Assembly: GCA_026415315.1 (NCBI GenBank)
Contig: JAOAHI010000002.1
Location: forward strand, 45,324-109,323
Length of the DNA: 64,000 nucleotides
Direction of reading: 5' to 3'
From: Methylohalobius sp.
GTDB lineage: Bacteria > Pseudomonadota > Gammaproteobacteria > Methylococcales > Methylothermaceae
In this document: in pieces, positions 21,494-32,210 of the stretch
How positions within the stretch are numbered: position 1 is the first letter of the stretch
Layout: each line of letters begins with the position of its first letter
Notes under the pieces: generated by a model
The model's database searches: none
What the model saw: only the letters and a program-made list of their open reading frames with translations
What the model was told of the DNA's origin: nothing
Made by a program: the position numbers and the translations under genes

Positions 21494-22887
21494 CGCAAAA
21501 CCTCCCGCGTAAAGCACTCCCCTCGAGCTTGATAATTTTCGAACTGATCGAAACTGGCACATGCTGGCGAAAGCAGCACGGTGTCGCCCGCTCGAGCGAT
21601 CTTTCTGGCAGTAGCGACCGCTTGCGGTAGATCCTCCACCACATAGATCGCCGTCACTTCCGCCAACGCCCGGGCGATCAAATGGCGGTCACGGCCATAC
21701 AACACCGCGGCCCGAACTTTACCGGCCACCGCAAGCTTAAGCTGGGAAAAATCGGCACCTTTGCCATCCCCGCCGGCGAGCAGGATCACCGGTCCTGCAA
21801 GTCCAGCGATGGCCGCCTCCGTCGCCCCGATGTTGGTGCCTTTGGAGTCGTTGATCCAATCCACGCCATCAATCTGTGCCACTCGCTGCATCCTGTGGGG
21901 GAGGCCAGCAAAGTGCGGCAATGTCGACAACGCCCCCTCACGCGGCACGCCTACTGCTTCCGCCAACGCCAAGGCCGCCAAGGCATTTGCCAAATTATGG
22001 CGACCGACCAGTCGAACTGCCGAAGCAGCAAACAACGGCTCTCCCCGGCACGCCAAGCATTCCTGGCCCTGATAGCGCACTAACCCGTAATCGGCCTCAG
22101 GATCGGTCAGGCTGAACCGAATCCAGTCCCGGTTCTCTGACGTTGCCTCACTGCGCCTCGCATCTGACCTTGCATCCCACCCCTTTTGTCTAGCCATCTC
22201 TCCGACCAGCGGGTCATCGCCATTGATCACCTTGACCTGGCTAAATTGCAAGAGCTTACCCTTGATCGCAGCATAGCTGGCTAAATCACGATGGCGATCT
22301 AAGTGATCGGGGCTTATGTTCAAAATCGCCCCCGCCGTGAGCTTCAATCGTCGCGTTCGTTCCAATTGAAAGCTAGATAGCTCAAGCACATAAAGCTCAC
22401 ACTCCTCGGTCAGGAGATCCAAAGCCGGTGTCCCCAGGTTGCCACCGGCCACAGCACGGATGCCCGACGCCTTGGCCATCTCAGCGACCAAGGTGGTCAC
22501 AGTGCTTTTGCCATTGGAGCCGGTCACCCCAACTACTGGTCCTTGAACTTGATCAGCGAACAAATCGATGTCGCTGATCAAGGCTACCCCTCTCTCCAGA
22601 GCGGTGCGGATTTCCGGTCGGTCGAGCTCCACTCCAGGGCTGACTAAGAGATGCGTGGCCCCACATAGCCAGTCGGAACGCAAACTGCCTGTAAATACCG
22701 GCACGCTCAGCTCCTGGGCAACCGAGAGCCCAGGCGGCTGCTCACGGCTATCTATGGCCAGGCACGCTATTCCTTGCCGGCACAGAAAGCGCAACGCCGA
22801 CACGCCGGTCTTGCCCAGCCCTACCACCACCACTCGCGCATCGTGGTCCAGCCCGAGCGCGCTAGACGCGTGTGCCTGCCTTCCCAC
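21481..22887 (-). CDS. murD: UDP-MurNAc-L-Ala-D-Glu ligase (start approximate, GTG)
   Basis: GLGKTG, GSNGKSTVT, LELSSFQLE, DSKGTN, SPACASFDQF. Confidence 0.97.
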   Translation of the reverse strand: MGRQAHASSALGLDHDARVVVVGLGKTGVSALRFLCRQGIACLAIDSREQPPGLSVAQELSVPVFTGSLRSDWLCGATHLLVSPGVELDRPEIRTALERGVALISDIDLFADQVQGPVVGVTGSNGKSTVTTLVAEMAKASGIRAVAGGNLGTPALDLLTEECELYVLELSSFQLERTRRLKLTAGAILNISPDHLDRHRDLASYAAIKGKLLQFSQVKVINGDDPLVGEMARQKGWDARSDARRSEATSENRDWIRFSLTDPEADYGLVRYQGQECLACRGEPLFAASAVRLVGRHNLANALAALALAEAVGVPREGALSTLPHFAGLPHRMQRVAQIDGVDWINDSKGTNIGATEAAIAGLAGPVILLAGGDGKGADFSQLKLAVAGKVRAAVLYGRDRHLIARALAEVTAIYVVEDLPQAVATARKIARAGDTVLLSPACASFDQFENYQARGECFTREVLRWQQ

Positions 22888-22892
22888 TGTCT

Positions 22893-23972
22893 CTACCTCA
22901 GCTTCAAGGTGGCCAGACCGATGAGAACCAGGATTACGGTGATAATCCAAAACCGCACGATCACGCGCGGCTCCGGCCAGCCTTTGAGCTCAAAATGGTG
23001 GTGCAAGGGAGCCATGCGGAAGATCCGCCGACCGGTTAACTTGAAGGAAGCTACCTGGAGGATGACCGACAGGGTCTCGACCACAAACACGCCCCCCATC
23101 ACCATTAACACAACCTCCTGTCGCACTAGTACAGCCAACGTTCCCAGGCTGGCTCCTAGCGCTAAGGCTCCGATGTCACCCATAAATACTTGGGCTGGGT
23201 AGGCATTGAACCACAAAAATCCAAGCCCTGCTCCCACCAACGCCCCACAGAACACCACCAATTCGCCTGTGCCAGGAACATGGGGCACAGCTAAGTAATT
23301 GGCGAAGTTCACATTCCCAGACACGTAAGCGAAGATTCCCAACGCCCCGCCGACTAGCACTGCCGGTAAGATTGCCAGCCCATCCAAGCCGTCGGTCAAA
23401 TTGACCGCATTGCTAGCTCCTACAATCACTAACCAGGTCAGAGGAATAAATCCCCACCCCAAATCCAGATTAACTTGTTTAAAAAAAGGAATGATGTAAG
23501 CCGTTTCAGCCTGCACCTTGGCTGAGGCATACAAAAACCCGGCCGCCGCCAATGCCACCATCGTCTGCCAAAACAGTTTCCGGCGCGCGGACAAACCTTG
23601 ACTATTGCCCAAAACCAATTTCTTGTAATCATCGGCGAAGCCAATCGCCCCAAACGCTAAGGTCACCAACAGCACTACCCAAACCTGACGATTGCGCAGA
23701 TCTGCCCACAGCAACGTCGCTAGGGTGAGGGCGAGTAAAATCAAAAGCCCTCCCATAGTTGGGGTCCCTGCTTTAGAGAAGTGATTTTGCGGTCCGTCCT
23801 GTCGAATTGGTTGGCGACCCAGAGAGCCAAGACGGCAAATTAAGGGCGGACCAAACACGAACGCAATCGAGAGCGCCGTCAACACCCCCAGGATGGCCCG
23901 CAGGGTCAGATACTGAAAAACCCGAAACGGCCCGTACCAATCCGCTAGCCAATTCGTCAAAAAATACAGCAC
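22893..23972 (-). CDS. mraY: Phospho-MurNAc-pentapeptide transferase
   Basis: [32 protein letters not shown]. Confidence 0.98.
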   Translation of the reverse strand: MLYFLTNWLADWYGPFRVFQYLTLRAILGVLTALSIAFVFGPPLICRLGSLGRQPIRQDGPQNHFSKAGTPTMGGLLILLALTLATLLWADLRNRQVWVVLLVTLAFGAIGFADDYKKLVLGNSQGLSARRKLFWQTMVALAAAGFLYASAKVQAETAYIIPFFKQVNLDLGWGFIPLTWLVIVGASNAVNLTDGLDGLAILPAVLVGGALGIFAYVSGNVNFANYLAVPHVPGTGELVVFCGALVGAGLGFLWFNAYPAQVFMGDIGALALGASLGTLAVLVRQEVVLMVMGGVFVVETLSVILQVASFKLTGRRIFRMAPLHHHFELKGWPEPRVIVRFWIITVILVLIGLATLKLR

Positions 23973-23973
23973 C

Positions 23974-25317
23974 TTACCTCTTCCTCAACGCTGCCACCAC
24001 GACTTCTAGTTTTTGCCTGCGCGACCCTTTAACTAAAACCCGGGCGTCTGCATGAAGCAGGTTTTGGGCCGTCTCAATTAGTGCTTGTTGAGAAGCAAAC
24101 CACTGCCCACCAGCCCCAAACGCAGCCACTGCGGCCTGGCTTTCCTCGCCTACCGCTAAAAGGCGCTGAACCCCATATTCCTTGGCTAACTGCCCAGCTC
24201 GGGCGTGCCAAGCCGCACTCTCTGGACCCAACTCGCCGAACGCCCCGAGCACGACCCAAGGCTCGCCCCCTAAAGCTTGCAAAGCCTCAAGGCCGGCTTG
24301 AAATGAGGCGGGGTTAGCGTTGTAGCAATCATCCAGCAGCCACGCTCCTTCTGTCGCCGCTGGTATGGGGTTAAGCCTGCCTGCCACTGGCACCATATTG
24401 GCTAGTCCCGCTTGGATCTCCGAGATCTCTCTCCCCAAAGCCATACCCACTGCACAAGCCGCCAGCGCGTTGGCTATATTGTGTCGCCCCGCCAGCGCCA
24501 GCTCGACCGCAAAATTCTCGCCTAAGGCGGCGACTACAAACCAGTTGCAAAACCTTCCTTGCTCGAATCGAAGCGGCGCGATCTCTACGGCCCGCACATC
24601 GGCCGCTTGGCTCAGACCGAAGCTCACAACCTTTCTTGCACCCGCCAATCCGCGCCAGTACTCAAAAAAGCGATCGCCCGCGTTCAAAATCGCGATACCA
24701 TCCTCCGGCAAAGCGGTAATCAACTCGCCTTTGGCCTGAGCCACTCCCTCTAGCGAACCAAAGCCTTCAAGGTGAGCGGGGCCAGCGTTGGTAATGACGC
24801 CGACTTTAGGCTCAGCCAACCGAGCAACGTAAGCGATCTCGCCTAGATGATTGGCCCCCATCTCGATCACGGCAAAACGATGCTCGGGCTTAAGGCGTAG
24901 TAAGGTTAAAGGCACTCCGATAGCGTTGTTAAAATTACCCTCGGTCTTCAACCCTGCCAGTACCTGGGCAATCATCTCCTTGACCGTGGTCTTGCCATTG
25001 CTGCCAGTCACCCCTACCAGATCGCCTGAAAAATACTGGCGCCGATGATGGCGAGCGAATTCCCCCAAAGCTAAGCGGGTATCGGCGACCAAAAGCTGCG
25101 GCAGATTGCAACCCACTGACCGTTCGACCAAAGCACAGGTCGCTCCGGCAGACTGAGCTTGGGGGACAAAATCGTGACCGTCAAAACGGGCCCCACGCAA
25201 AGCCACAAACAAGCAGCCACCCAAATCTTGGCGGCTGTCGATGCCAACGCCGATAAATTCGGCCTCTCCTCCTAGCTGTCTCCCATTAAGCACCGCTGCC
25301 AATTCGCTCAGACGCAT
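23974..25317 (-). CDS. murF: UDP-MurNAc-tripeptide-D-Ala-D-Ala ligase
   Basis: [32 protein letters not shown]. Confidence 0.97.
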   Translation of the reverse strand: MRLSELAAVLNGRQLGGEAEFIGVGIDSRQDLGGCLFVALRGARFDGHDFVPQAQSAGATCALVERSVGCNLPQLLVADTRLALGEFARHHRRQYFSGDLVGVTGSNGKTTVKEMIAQVLAGLKTEGNFNNAIGVPLTLLRLKPEHRFAVIEMGANHLGEIAYVARLAEPKVGVITNAGPAHLEGFGSLEGVAQAKGELITALPEDGIAILNAGDRFFEYWRGLAGARKVVSFGLSQAADVRAVEIAPLRFEQGRFCNWFVVAALGENFAVELALAGRHNIANALAACAVGMALGREISEIQAGLANMVPVAGRLNPIPAATEGAWLLDDCYNANPASFQAGLEALQALGGEPWVVLGAFGELGPESAAWHARAGQLAKEYGVQRLLAVGEESQAAVAAFGAGGQWFASQQALIETAQNLLHADARVLVKGSRRQKLEVVVAALRKR

Positions 25318-26762
25318 ATCGCTGCCTCGTTGAGTAACTCTGCTACTAACGCACGGTCACTAAACGGTTTTCGAACGCCCTCGATTTCTTGGTAATCCTC
25401 GTGCCCTTTACCCGCTATCAGCACGACATCTTCAGGACTGGCGCTTGTTACTGCTGTAGCAATCGCCTCGGCGCGGTCGCGGATAATCCTAGGCAAAGAA
25501 ACCATGCCAGCGCGGATATCGGCGATGATTCGGTCTCCAGGTTCGCTGCGTGGATTGTCGTCGGTGAGAATGACGTAGTCAGCCAGCTGCTCGGCGATTT
25601 TTCCCATCAGCGGCCGCTTGCCGCGGTCGCGCTCTCCACCGCAGCCGAACACCACCCATACCTTCCCGTGAACATGCCGGCGCACGGCATTTAGGGCAGA
25701 TTCCAGGCCAGCTGGAGTATGAGCGTAGTCCACCACCACTAACGGCCAACCTTCGGCCCTGAAGCATTCCATTCGCCCAGGTACAGGCTGAATCGTCCGC
25801 AGATGCTCAGCCGCCTCCACCAATTGCCAACCTCGCGCCAGCAATACGGCCAGCACTGCTAAGACATTAGCCAGATTGAACTCACCGAGCAACGGCACCT
25901 CAACGGGCGCTCGTTCCTGGCCCCAGAGCGCCTCAAACCGCATCCCGGCGGCGCCATAGTGCACTTCGGCAGCCGTCACGCGCGGAAAAAGCAACGACTC
26001 GTGCGCTTTTGTCCCATAGCCCACTACAGTCACGCCGGGAGCAACCACTTGGTAAAAGTGAGGCCAAGCAGGATCGTCCAAATTTAGCACCGCTGCTTCC
26101 AAAGTCGGCCAGGCAAATAACTTCTGCTTAGCTTCCAGGTACGCTTCCATAGTGCAGTGATAATCCAGGTGATCGCGGCTTAAGTTGGTCCACAGCGCTA
26201 GGCGAAAATCGATGCCGTTTACTCGTCCCTGCTCCAATGCGTGGGAAGAGACTTCCATAACTACGACCTTTATTCCTTGCCCACGCAGCTCATTAAGGCG
26301 CCTTTGCGTCTCGATCGCGGGGGCCGTGGTATGCAAACTTGGCTGGAGCACTCCAGGTCGCCCCCACCCTAAGGTTCCTAGCACTCCCCCCTTTAGGATC
26401 TGCGCCAGAAACAGGCTGCAAGAAGTCTTACCGTTGGTCCCAGTGACGCCGATTACCTCTATGTCCCTCGAAGGATGGCCGTAAAAGCGGGCAGCGATCT
26501 CCCCTAGTCGCTCCTTAAGCTGAGGGACGGCAATAGCGGGAATGTTAAGCGGCACGTTTACTTCGCTTTCTAAGTCATATACTACGGCTATTGCGCCCCT
26601 GGCTTGAGCGTCGTAAATGAACTCAAGCCCGTGGCAGCGAGTACCGGCTAGGGCGAAGAAGACATCCCCCGGTCGCACCGCCTGACTCTGGTCGCACAGC
26701 CCACCGACCTCCAGCGCTGGACACAAAACCCCTGGCAGGAGCTCGTTAAGCTTCATTCCCAT
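25308..26762 (-). CDS. murE: UDP-MurNAc-dipeptide-meso-DAP ligase
   Basis: GTNGKTS, DYAHTP, DNPR (DAP-type), AGKGHE. Confidence 0.97.
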   Translation of the reverse strand: MGMKLNELLPGVLCPALEVGGLCDQSQAVRPGDVFFALAGTRCHGLEFIYDAQARGAIAVVYDLESEVNVPLNIPAIAVPQLKERLGEIAARFYGHPSRDIEVIGVTGTNGKTSCSLFLAQILKGGVLGTLGWGRPGVLQPSLHTTAPAIETQRRLNELRGQGIKVVVMEVSSHALEQGRVNGIDFRLALWTNLSRDHLDYHCTMEAYLEAKQKLFAWPTLEAAVLNLDDPAWPHFYQVVAPGVTVVGYGTKAHESLLFPRVTAAEVHYGAAGMRFEALWGQERAPVEVPLLGEFNLANVLAVLAVLLARGWQLVEAAEHLRTIQPVPGRMECFRAEGWPLVVVDYAHTPAGLESALNAVRRHVHGKVWVVFGCGGERDRGKRPLMGKIAEQLADYVILTDDNPRSEPGDRIIADIRAGMVSLPRIIRDRAEAIATAVTSASPEDVVLIAGKGHEDYQEIEGVRKPFSDRALVAELLNEAAICV

Positions 26763-28470
26763 CCAGTTTGGCCTTTAACAGTTGGTGTTTGAGATCTGAC
26801 GGGGCATCCGGCGGCACCCCAAGCAGCCTAAGCGCAAACCCCATTACTCGGGCAAACACCGGCGCGGCTACTTCACCACCGTAATACTGCTCGCCTGCAG
26901 GCTCCTCGATCACGACGGCCAGTACTAGGCGCGGCCTGGACACCGGAGCTATTCCCACAAACAGAGATCGATAGCGGCCATCGGCATAGCCGCCAGCGGC
27001 CGCGATCTTGGCTGTACCGGTCTTGCCGGCCACCCGGTAACCTGGCACCTCTGCCTTAAGCGCCGTTCCCTCTCGGCTGACCACACCCTCAAGCATGGCC
27101 AAAACCATATCTGCTACTTCTTTCGGCACGACTCTCATTGCGTGCTCATCCCGATGCCGAGGGAGCAAGGTCAAACTATGCAGTATCCCGCCATCGGCCA
27201 AAGCCGTATAAGCGCGCGCCAACTGCAATGCGGAAACCGAGATCCCATAGCCAAACGCGATAGTAGCCTGCTCGAACGCATCCCATCCGGCAGGGTCAGA
27301 CAAAAATCCGCTAGCCTCGCCCGGATATTCAATCCCTACCGGACGGCCGAAGCCAAAATCCCTAAGGCAAGCAGCCAACGCCTTAGGTGTGAGCCTGAGC
27401 GCGACCTGGGTGATCCCGACGTTGCTCGACTTATGCAAAATAGCGGCCAGATCAAGCACTCCATAGTCCTGGTGGTCACGCACTAGGTGGCGTCCCACGC
27501 GCAACCAGCCCGGGTGGGTGTCGACCTTGAAATCTCTCGGCACAGCCTTGCTGCGCAAAGCGCACGCCAGGGCGAACGGTTTTAAAGTAGAACCTGGCTC
27601 GAAGCCATCGGTGATAGCGCGGTTACGGAAGTGCCCCGCCTGCAATGAGCGGCGCAGGTTAGGGTTGAAGGCAGGCTGGTTGGCCAACGCCAGCACCTCG
27701 CCGGTGCGTACATCGACCAGCACCAGCATTCCCCCTTTCGCCCCGTGTTCAGCTACTTGGCGCTTGAGTTCCAAGTAACTCCAGTATTGCAAGCGCCGGT
27801 CGATACTCAAGACCACATCGCGACCAGGCTGGGCCGTTTGAACAGCCTCAATAGCCTCGATGATCCGCCCGCGCCGATCCTGCACGACCCGAATTCTCCC
27901 CGCAACCCCTTGCAGCTGAGCTTCGAATTGTTTTTCCAGCCCTTCCTGGCCGCGTTGATCGATATCGGTGAAACCGAGCAAATGGGAGCTCACTTCCGCC
28001 GCCGGATAGTAGCGTTTGAATTCCGGTCGCAAAAACAGCCCCTCAATCTCGAGCTTAGCAATTTTGTCCGCCTCAACTGGCGGCAAGTGCCGTTTTAGAT
28101 ACACAAACGCTCTAGAGCGGGATTGAAGCCGTTTTTTTAGGTTTGCCTCGGACAAGCCAAGCAACCTAGAAAGTCGGCGCAATTGCTCCTGGCTGGGCTG
28201 AAACCGGCGCGGGTCAACGCACACCGACTGCACCGGAGCGCTGACGGCCAGCGGCACTCCGTCACGATCCAATAGCTGACCGCGATGGGCAGGCAAGGAC
28301 GCAATCCGAATCTGCTGCCTGTCTGCACGGCGCTGGAAGAAATCCCGCTGCCATACCTGAACGTAAAATGCCCGCGCCATCAGGCTTATCAGCCCCAAAC
28401 CAAACCCTGTTAACACCAGTGTACGTCGCCAGGCTGCGACGGGATGGTGGGTAGCGTTCAGATTTACCAT
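26746..28470 (-). CDS. ftsI: Peptidoglycan D,D-transpeptidase FtsI (PBP3); start approximate
   Basis: STLK (SxxK), SSN (SxN) and KTGT motifs; single N-terminal TM helix. Confidence 0.96.
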   Translation of the reverse strand: MVNLNATHHPVAAWRRTLVLTGFGLGLISLMARAFYVQVWQRDFFQRRADRQQIRIASLPAHRGQLLDRDGVPLAVSAPVQSVCVDPRRFQPSQEQLRRLSRLLGLSEANLKKRLQSRSRAFVYLKRHLPPVEADKIAKLEIEGLFLRPEFKRYYPAAEVSSHLLGFTDIDQRGQEGLEKQFEAQLQGVAGRIRVVQDRRGRIIEAIEAVQTAQPGRDVVLSIDRRLQYWSYLELKRQVAEHGAKGGMLVLVDVRTGEVLALANQPAFNPNLRRSLQAGHFRNRAITDGFEPGSTLKPFALACALRSKAVPRDFKVDTHPGWLRVGRHLVRDHQDYGVLDLAAILHKSSNVGITQVALRLTPKALAACLRDFGFGRPVGIEYPGEASGFLSDPAGWDAFEQATIAFGYGISVSALQLARAYTALADGGILHSLTLLPRHRDEHAMRVVPKEVADMVLAMLEGVVSREGTALKAEVPGYRVAGKTGTAKIAAAGGYADGRYRSLFVGIAPVSRPRLVLAVVIEEPAGEQYYGGEVAAPVFARVMGFALRLLGVPPDAPSDLKHQLLKAKLDGNEA

Positions 28471-28474
28471 ATCG

Positions 28475-28762
28475 TCAACGCTCCCATCTAACCAGTGGGA
28501 GATAAGCGATTTCATCGGCCTTCGGAACGGCCATGTGCAGGCGCACCTGTGCTAGACGTTCGATCCGAGTCAAATCGGCCCAAGCGTGCTCCTCAAGCAA
28601 TAATTGCTCCCACTCTACCTCGCACGCATCTAACTGTGCCTGCAGACGTTGAACTTCATTAAACAGCAAACGGCTTTGGTACTTGCCGTACACTACGCCT
28701 ACTGCCGAGCCGGCCACCAGAATGGACAACCCCACGCACACCCACTCCGCTTTGCTCAGCAT
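28475..28762 (-). CDS. ftsL: Cell division protein FtsL
   Basis: TM helix plus coiled coil (LLLEEHAW...RIERLA), between rsmH and ftsI. Confidence 0.9.
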   Translation of the reverse strand: MLSKAEWVCVGLSILVAGSAVGVVYGKYQSRLLFNEVQRLQAQLDACEVEWEQLLLEEHAWADLTRIERLAQVRLHMAVPKADEIAYLPLVRWER

Positions 28763-29637
28763 CTACGCTCCGCCACCCTCAAAATGGCACTGCGTGCACG
28801 GGGGTTGGTCATCACTTCAAACGGACTCGGCTTGCTCTTACCTAAAGCGTGCAAGCCATTCACTTCGCGGATGAAGCGTTTGACAATCCGATCCTCCAGG
28901 GAATGAAAAGCGATAGTCACCAAGCGTCCGCCCACGGCTAGCACCTCTGCCGCCTGCGCTAGAACGGCTTGGAGAGATTCAAGTTCGCGGTTGAGGTGGA
29001 TGCGCAGCGCCAGAAAGGTCCGGGTAGCTGGATGCTTGCCCGGCTCACGCCTGGGAACACAACGCTCGACTAATCTTGCCAACTGGCCAGTGCGGGTTAA
29101 CGGTTTCTTGGCGCGAGTCCTGACGACTGCCCGGGCGATATGGCGGGCAAACCGCTCCTCGCCACAACGCCAAAGAACCTCGGCGATCTCCCGCTCCCCA
29201 GCCTGCGCTAGCCACCTAGCTGCGCTCAGGCCCGCAGTCGGATCCATGCGCATGTCTAAAGGGCCGTCACGGACAAAGGAAAAACCGCGCTCAGGGTCAT
29301 CCAGCTGTGGGGAGGAAATTCCTAAATCCAGAAGTATGCCGTTGATCTTGCCTACATACGCTATATCCTGAAGCACTTCTTTAAGCCGTGCAAAATCAGC
29401 ATGAATCAATCTAAACCGTGCATCCTGGTCTAGAATGTTGGCCTGAAGCGAAGCAATAGCGTCTGGGTCTTTGTCCAAAGCCACCAGCCGGCCGTCCGGC
29501 CCTAACCGGTCGAGGATAGCTCGGCTGTGCCCACCGCGCCCAAAGGTGCAATCCACATAAACCCCATCTTTACGAATGGCCAAGCCCGCCAGCGCCTCTT
29601 CCAGCATGACAGGGCGATGAACGATCGCATCCATCAT
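28756..29637 (-). CDS. rsmH: 16S rRNA m4C1402 methyltransferase
   Basis: [41 protein letters not shown]. Confidence 0.98.
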   Translation of the reverse strand: MMDAIVHRPVMLEEALAGLAIRKDGVYVDCTFGRGGHSRAILDRLGPDGRLVALDKDPDAIASLQANILDQDARFRLIHADFARLKEVLQDIAYVGKINGILLDLGISSPQLDDPERGFSFVRDGPLDMRMDPTAGLSAARWLAQAGEREIAEVLWRCGEERFARHIARAVVRTRAKKPLTRTGQLARLVERCVPRREPGKHPATRTFLALRIHLNRELESLQAVLAQAAEVLAVGGRLVTIAFHSLEDRIVKRFIREVNGLHALGKSKPSPFEVMTNPRARSAILRVAERRC

Positions 29638-30095
29638 TAAATTGATAAAGTGCTCAAAGCCGACGACCCCTGACTATCGGCCAAGCTGGTCTCCTCCACC
29701 CACACGTTGCGGCGAATGTCCCAGGACTGCGCGTCCCAAATCTCGAATTTCCCGCCCAGCCCGACCAATGCCACGGCCCTATCCAAGTTAGCGTACTTGC
29801 GCAACGGAGAGGGCAATAACACTCGCCCTTGCCCGTCCATCTGACATTCGCTGGCATGACCTATCAACATCCGCTGCAAGCGGCGGGTTTGCTGATCGAT
29901 GGCCGGCAACGAGAGCAGCTGACGCTCCAGAACTTCCCATCGGGATAAAGCGTAAAGCCAAAGGCAACGGTTATCGATCGCGATGGTGATCACCACTTGA
30001 CCGTCGCGCTCATGCTGCAAGACCTCCCGATATTTGGTGGGAATGGCCAGGCGACCCTTGGCGTCCAGATTAAGCACATGGATACCACGAAACAC
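29637..30095 (-). CDS. mraZ: dcw transcriptional regulator MraZ
   Basis: (M)[18 protein letters not shown]; true start is GTG 30095, giving 152 aa; the track's 25-aa extension is promoter sequence. Confidence 0.96.
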   Translation of the reverse strand: MFRGIHVLNLDAKGRLAIPTKYREVLQHERDGQVVITIAIDNRCLWLYALSRWEVLERQLLSLPAIDQQTRRLQRMLIGHASECQMDGQGRVLLPSPLRKYANLDRAVALVGLGGKFEIWDAQSWDIRRNVWVEETSLADSQGSSALSTLSI

Positions 30096-30128
30096 CCCAC
30101 ATCCCCACACAAATCCACATATCCCCAC
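30095..30128 (-). promoter_or_regulatory. MraZ-binding direct repeats
   Basis: Minus strand GTGGGG / GTGGAT / GTGGGG at 10-bp period (30128, 30118, 30108), plus a fourth GTGGGG at 30100. Confidence 0.8.
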
Positions 30129-30141
30129 TAAATTACGAGGC

Positions 30142-30170
30142 ACTATAAAAAGACTAAAAGGCTTCGTCAA
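30142..30170 (-). promoter_or_regulatory. Sigma70 promoter of the dcw cluster
   Basis: Minus strand TTGACG-17 nt-TATAGT directly upstream of the MraZ boxes. Confidence 0.8.
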
Positions 30171-30252
30171 GCGTGCCTTTTAGACAACAAAAGTTGTCTA
30201 AAAGAGACATTTATCACTTTTTTACGTTTGCCGAATTTAGGCGTTTTTCCAG

Positions 30253-30849
30253 TCAGGCAACACGTTCGCTACGATAGGCTGCAGCTATCATGAAAAAGGC
30301 AGCCAAATCGTAGGCCGCGTGCACTATCATCGGTATTAACAGATTGCGCTCGCCCCCAACGTCTAACAACCATCCTAAATAGACCCCCGTTAGCGCGGCC
30401 AACAAGGTATACAAAGGTGTCACTGAATGGGCCAAGCCGAATAGAAGATTGCTGATCAGCAAAGCCCAAAGCTTACCCCACATTGTTTCCATCCATGGCT
30501 GGAGGAGACCACGGAACAAGATCTCCTCGCCCACCCCGGCCAAAGTTGCTATGTAGACCAACTCGTACCAACGACAGGACGAGAGCAGAGACCCTAACGT
30601 TTCGACCAGCAGGCGTCTGATCTTTTGCAGCTCCGGTACCGGAAGACGATAAGTGAGCCCAAACACCCACATCAGCGAAAGGGTAGCAAGCAGGCTCACG
30701 CCGAGCGCGTCAGCGTGCAGGCGCAACGAGGCCAAAGGATTTATCTCCAGCCACCAACCCAAAAGGTAGGCCAAGGCGATCAACCCTCCTTCAAAGCCAC
30801 TTGCCAATAAGAGAAATTGGGTTTTAGTCATCAGTTGCAATTTTAACAT
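30253..30849 (-). CDS. CPBP/Abi-family intramembrane glutamic protease
   Basis: GVGEEILFRG, FGLAH and HAAYD motifs; hydrophobic. Confidence 0.88.
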   Translation of the reverse strand: MLKLQLMTKTQFLLLASGFEGGLIALAYLLGWWLEINPLASLRLHADALGVSLLATLSLMWVFGLTYRLPVPELQKIRRLLVETLGSLLSSCRWYELVYIATLAGVGEEILFRGLLQPWMETMWGKLWALLISNLLFGLAHSVTPLYTLLAALTGVYLGWLLDVGGERNLLIPMIVHAAYDLAAFFMIAAAYRSERVA

Positions 30850-30945
30850 TCATCAACTTCTAGCATTTTGTCTGCTGCGCCACCCCAACGATCCTACCCT
30901 CTGACAGTGGTAAAATTCATTATTTGGTCAACCTTGCAGCTTGCG

Positions 30946-31986
30946 ATGAGTCACAGATACAAAGCAGTTGCCTTGATTTCCGGCGGCTTAGATTCGATGC
31001 TGGCAGCCAAGATCATCCAAGATCAGGGCATCTATGTGGAAGGACTTAATTTTTTCACCGGCTTTTGCGTGGAGGGTCACACCCATGCCATTCGCCAGCG
31101 CAACCAAAAAAAGCCCAAGCGCAACAACGCCTTGTGGGTGGCAGAACAGCTAGGGATTAAACTCCACATCCTAGACGTTATCGAAGAATACAAAAGCGTC
31201 GTCCTGAACCCCAAATACGGTTATGGAGCTAACCTAAACCCTTGTCTAGATTGCAAAATCTTCATGGTCGGCAAGGCTAGGCAGTGGATGGAGGAGAACG
31301 ACTTTGACTTTATCATTACCGGCGAGGTGATCGGTCAACGCCCCAAGTCTCAGCGCAAGGACACCATGCCGCTAATCGCTCGCGACTCGGGCGCCAACGA
31401 CCTTTTACTGCGCCCTTTGTCGGCCAAACTGCTTCCCCCCACCAAACCGGAACGGGAAGGCTGGGTAGATCGCAACAAGCTGTATGGCTTCTGCGGGCGC
31501 AACCGTAAGCCACAGATGGAACTGGCCAAAGCGTTTGGTCTTACCGATTACGCTCAACCAGCCGGCGGCTGCTGCTTCCTAACCGATGAAAACTATGCCC
31601 GTAAGCTCGCCGATCTGTGGCAAACCAGAGGCCAGCGGGATTACGCGCTGGACGACATCATGCTGTTGAAAGTAGGCCGCCATATCCGACCTAAGCCGGA
31701 ATTTAAGCTAATTGTTGCCCGCGAGGAAGGAGAGAGCCGGTTCTTGAGCGGCTACAAAAATCGCTTTGTATCCCTCTATCCAATTAGCCATCCTGGCCCT
31801 ATGACGCTGGTCGATGGGCATTTGACAGATGAAGGCCTTATCTTGGCCGCGCGCATCGTCGCTCGTTATAGCCAGGGCCGCGACGCTGATCGAGTCGAGA
31901 TCAAAGCGATCTCTTCTGAAGGCGAATGCTGCTTATGCGTTGCTCCCCTCAAACCCCACGAGATTCCGGCGGAGTGGCTGCTGTGA
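30946..31986 (+). CDS. PP-loop (ThiI/MnmA-like) putative sulfur-insertion ATP pyrophosphatase, no THUMP domain
   Basis: SGGLDS PP-loop, PCLDC, TGEVIGQRPKSQ, AGGCC; start moved to ATG 30946. Confidence 0.8.
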   Translation: MSHRYKAVALISGGLDSMLAAKIIQDQGIYVEGLNFFTGFCVEGHTHAIRQRNQKKPKRNNALWVAEQLGIKLHILDVIEEYKSVVLNPKYGYGANLNPCLDCKIFMVGKARQWMEENDFDFIITGEVIGQRPKSQRKDTMPLIARDSGANDLLLRPLSAKLLPPTKPEREGWVDRNKLYGFCGRNRKPQMELAKAFGLTDYAQPAGGCCFLTDENYARKLADLWQTRGQRDYALDDIMLLKVGRHIRPKPEFKLIVAREEGESRFLSGYKNRFVSLYPISHPGPMTLVDGHLTDEGLILAARIVARYSQGRDADRVEIKAISSEGECCLCVAPLKPHEIPAEWLL

Positions 31987-32210
31987 AGCGCAAGGTCATC
32001 GACGCGCGCGGCCTGTTGTGCCCGCTGCCGGTCATCCGGCTTCAGGAGGCAACCAAACGTCTTGCTGCTGGCACCGAGGTGGAGCTAATCGGAACCGACC
32101 CAGGCGTTTTGTATGACGTGCCTGCATGGTGTCGAGTCCATGGCCATCCGGTCTTGCAAACCTGGCAAGACAACGGCCAATACCACGTGCTGCTTGCTAT
32201 TCGGACATGA
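31983..32210 (+). CDS. TusA-family sulfur carrier
   Basis: DARGLLCPLP motif; GTG start overlaps the upstream stop (GTGA). Confidence 0.92.
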   Translation: MKRKVIDARGLLCPLPVIRLQEATKRLAAGTEVELIGTDPGVLYDVPAWCRVHGHPVLQTWQDNGQYHVLLAIRT

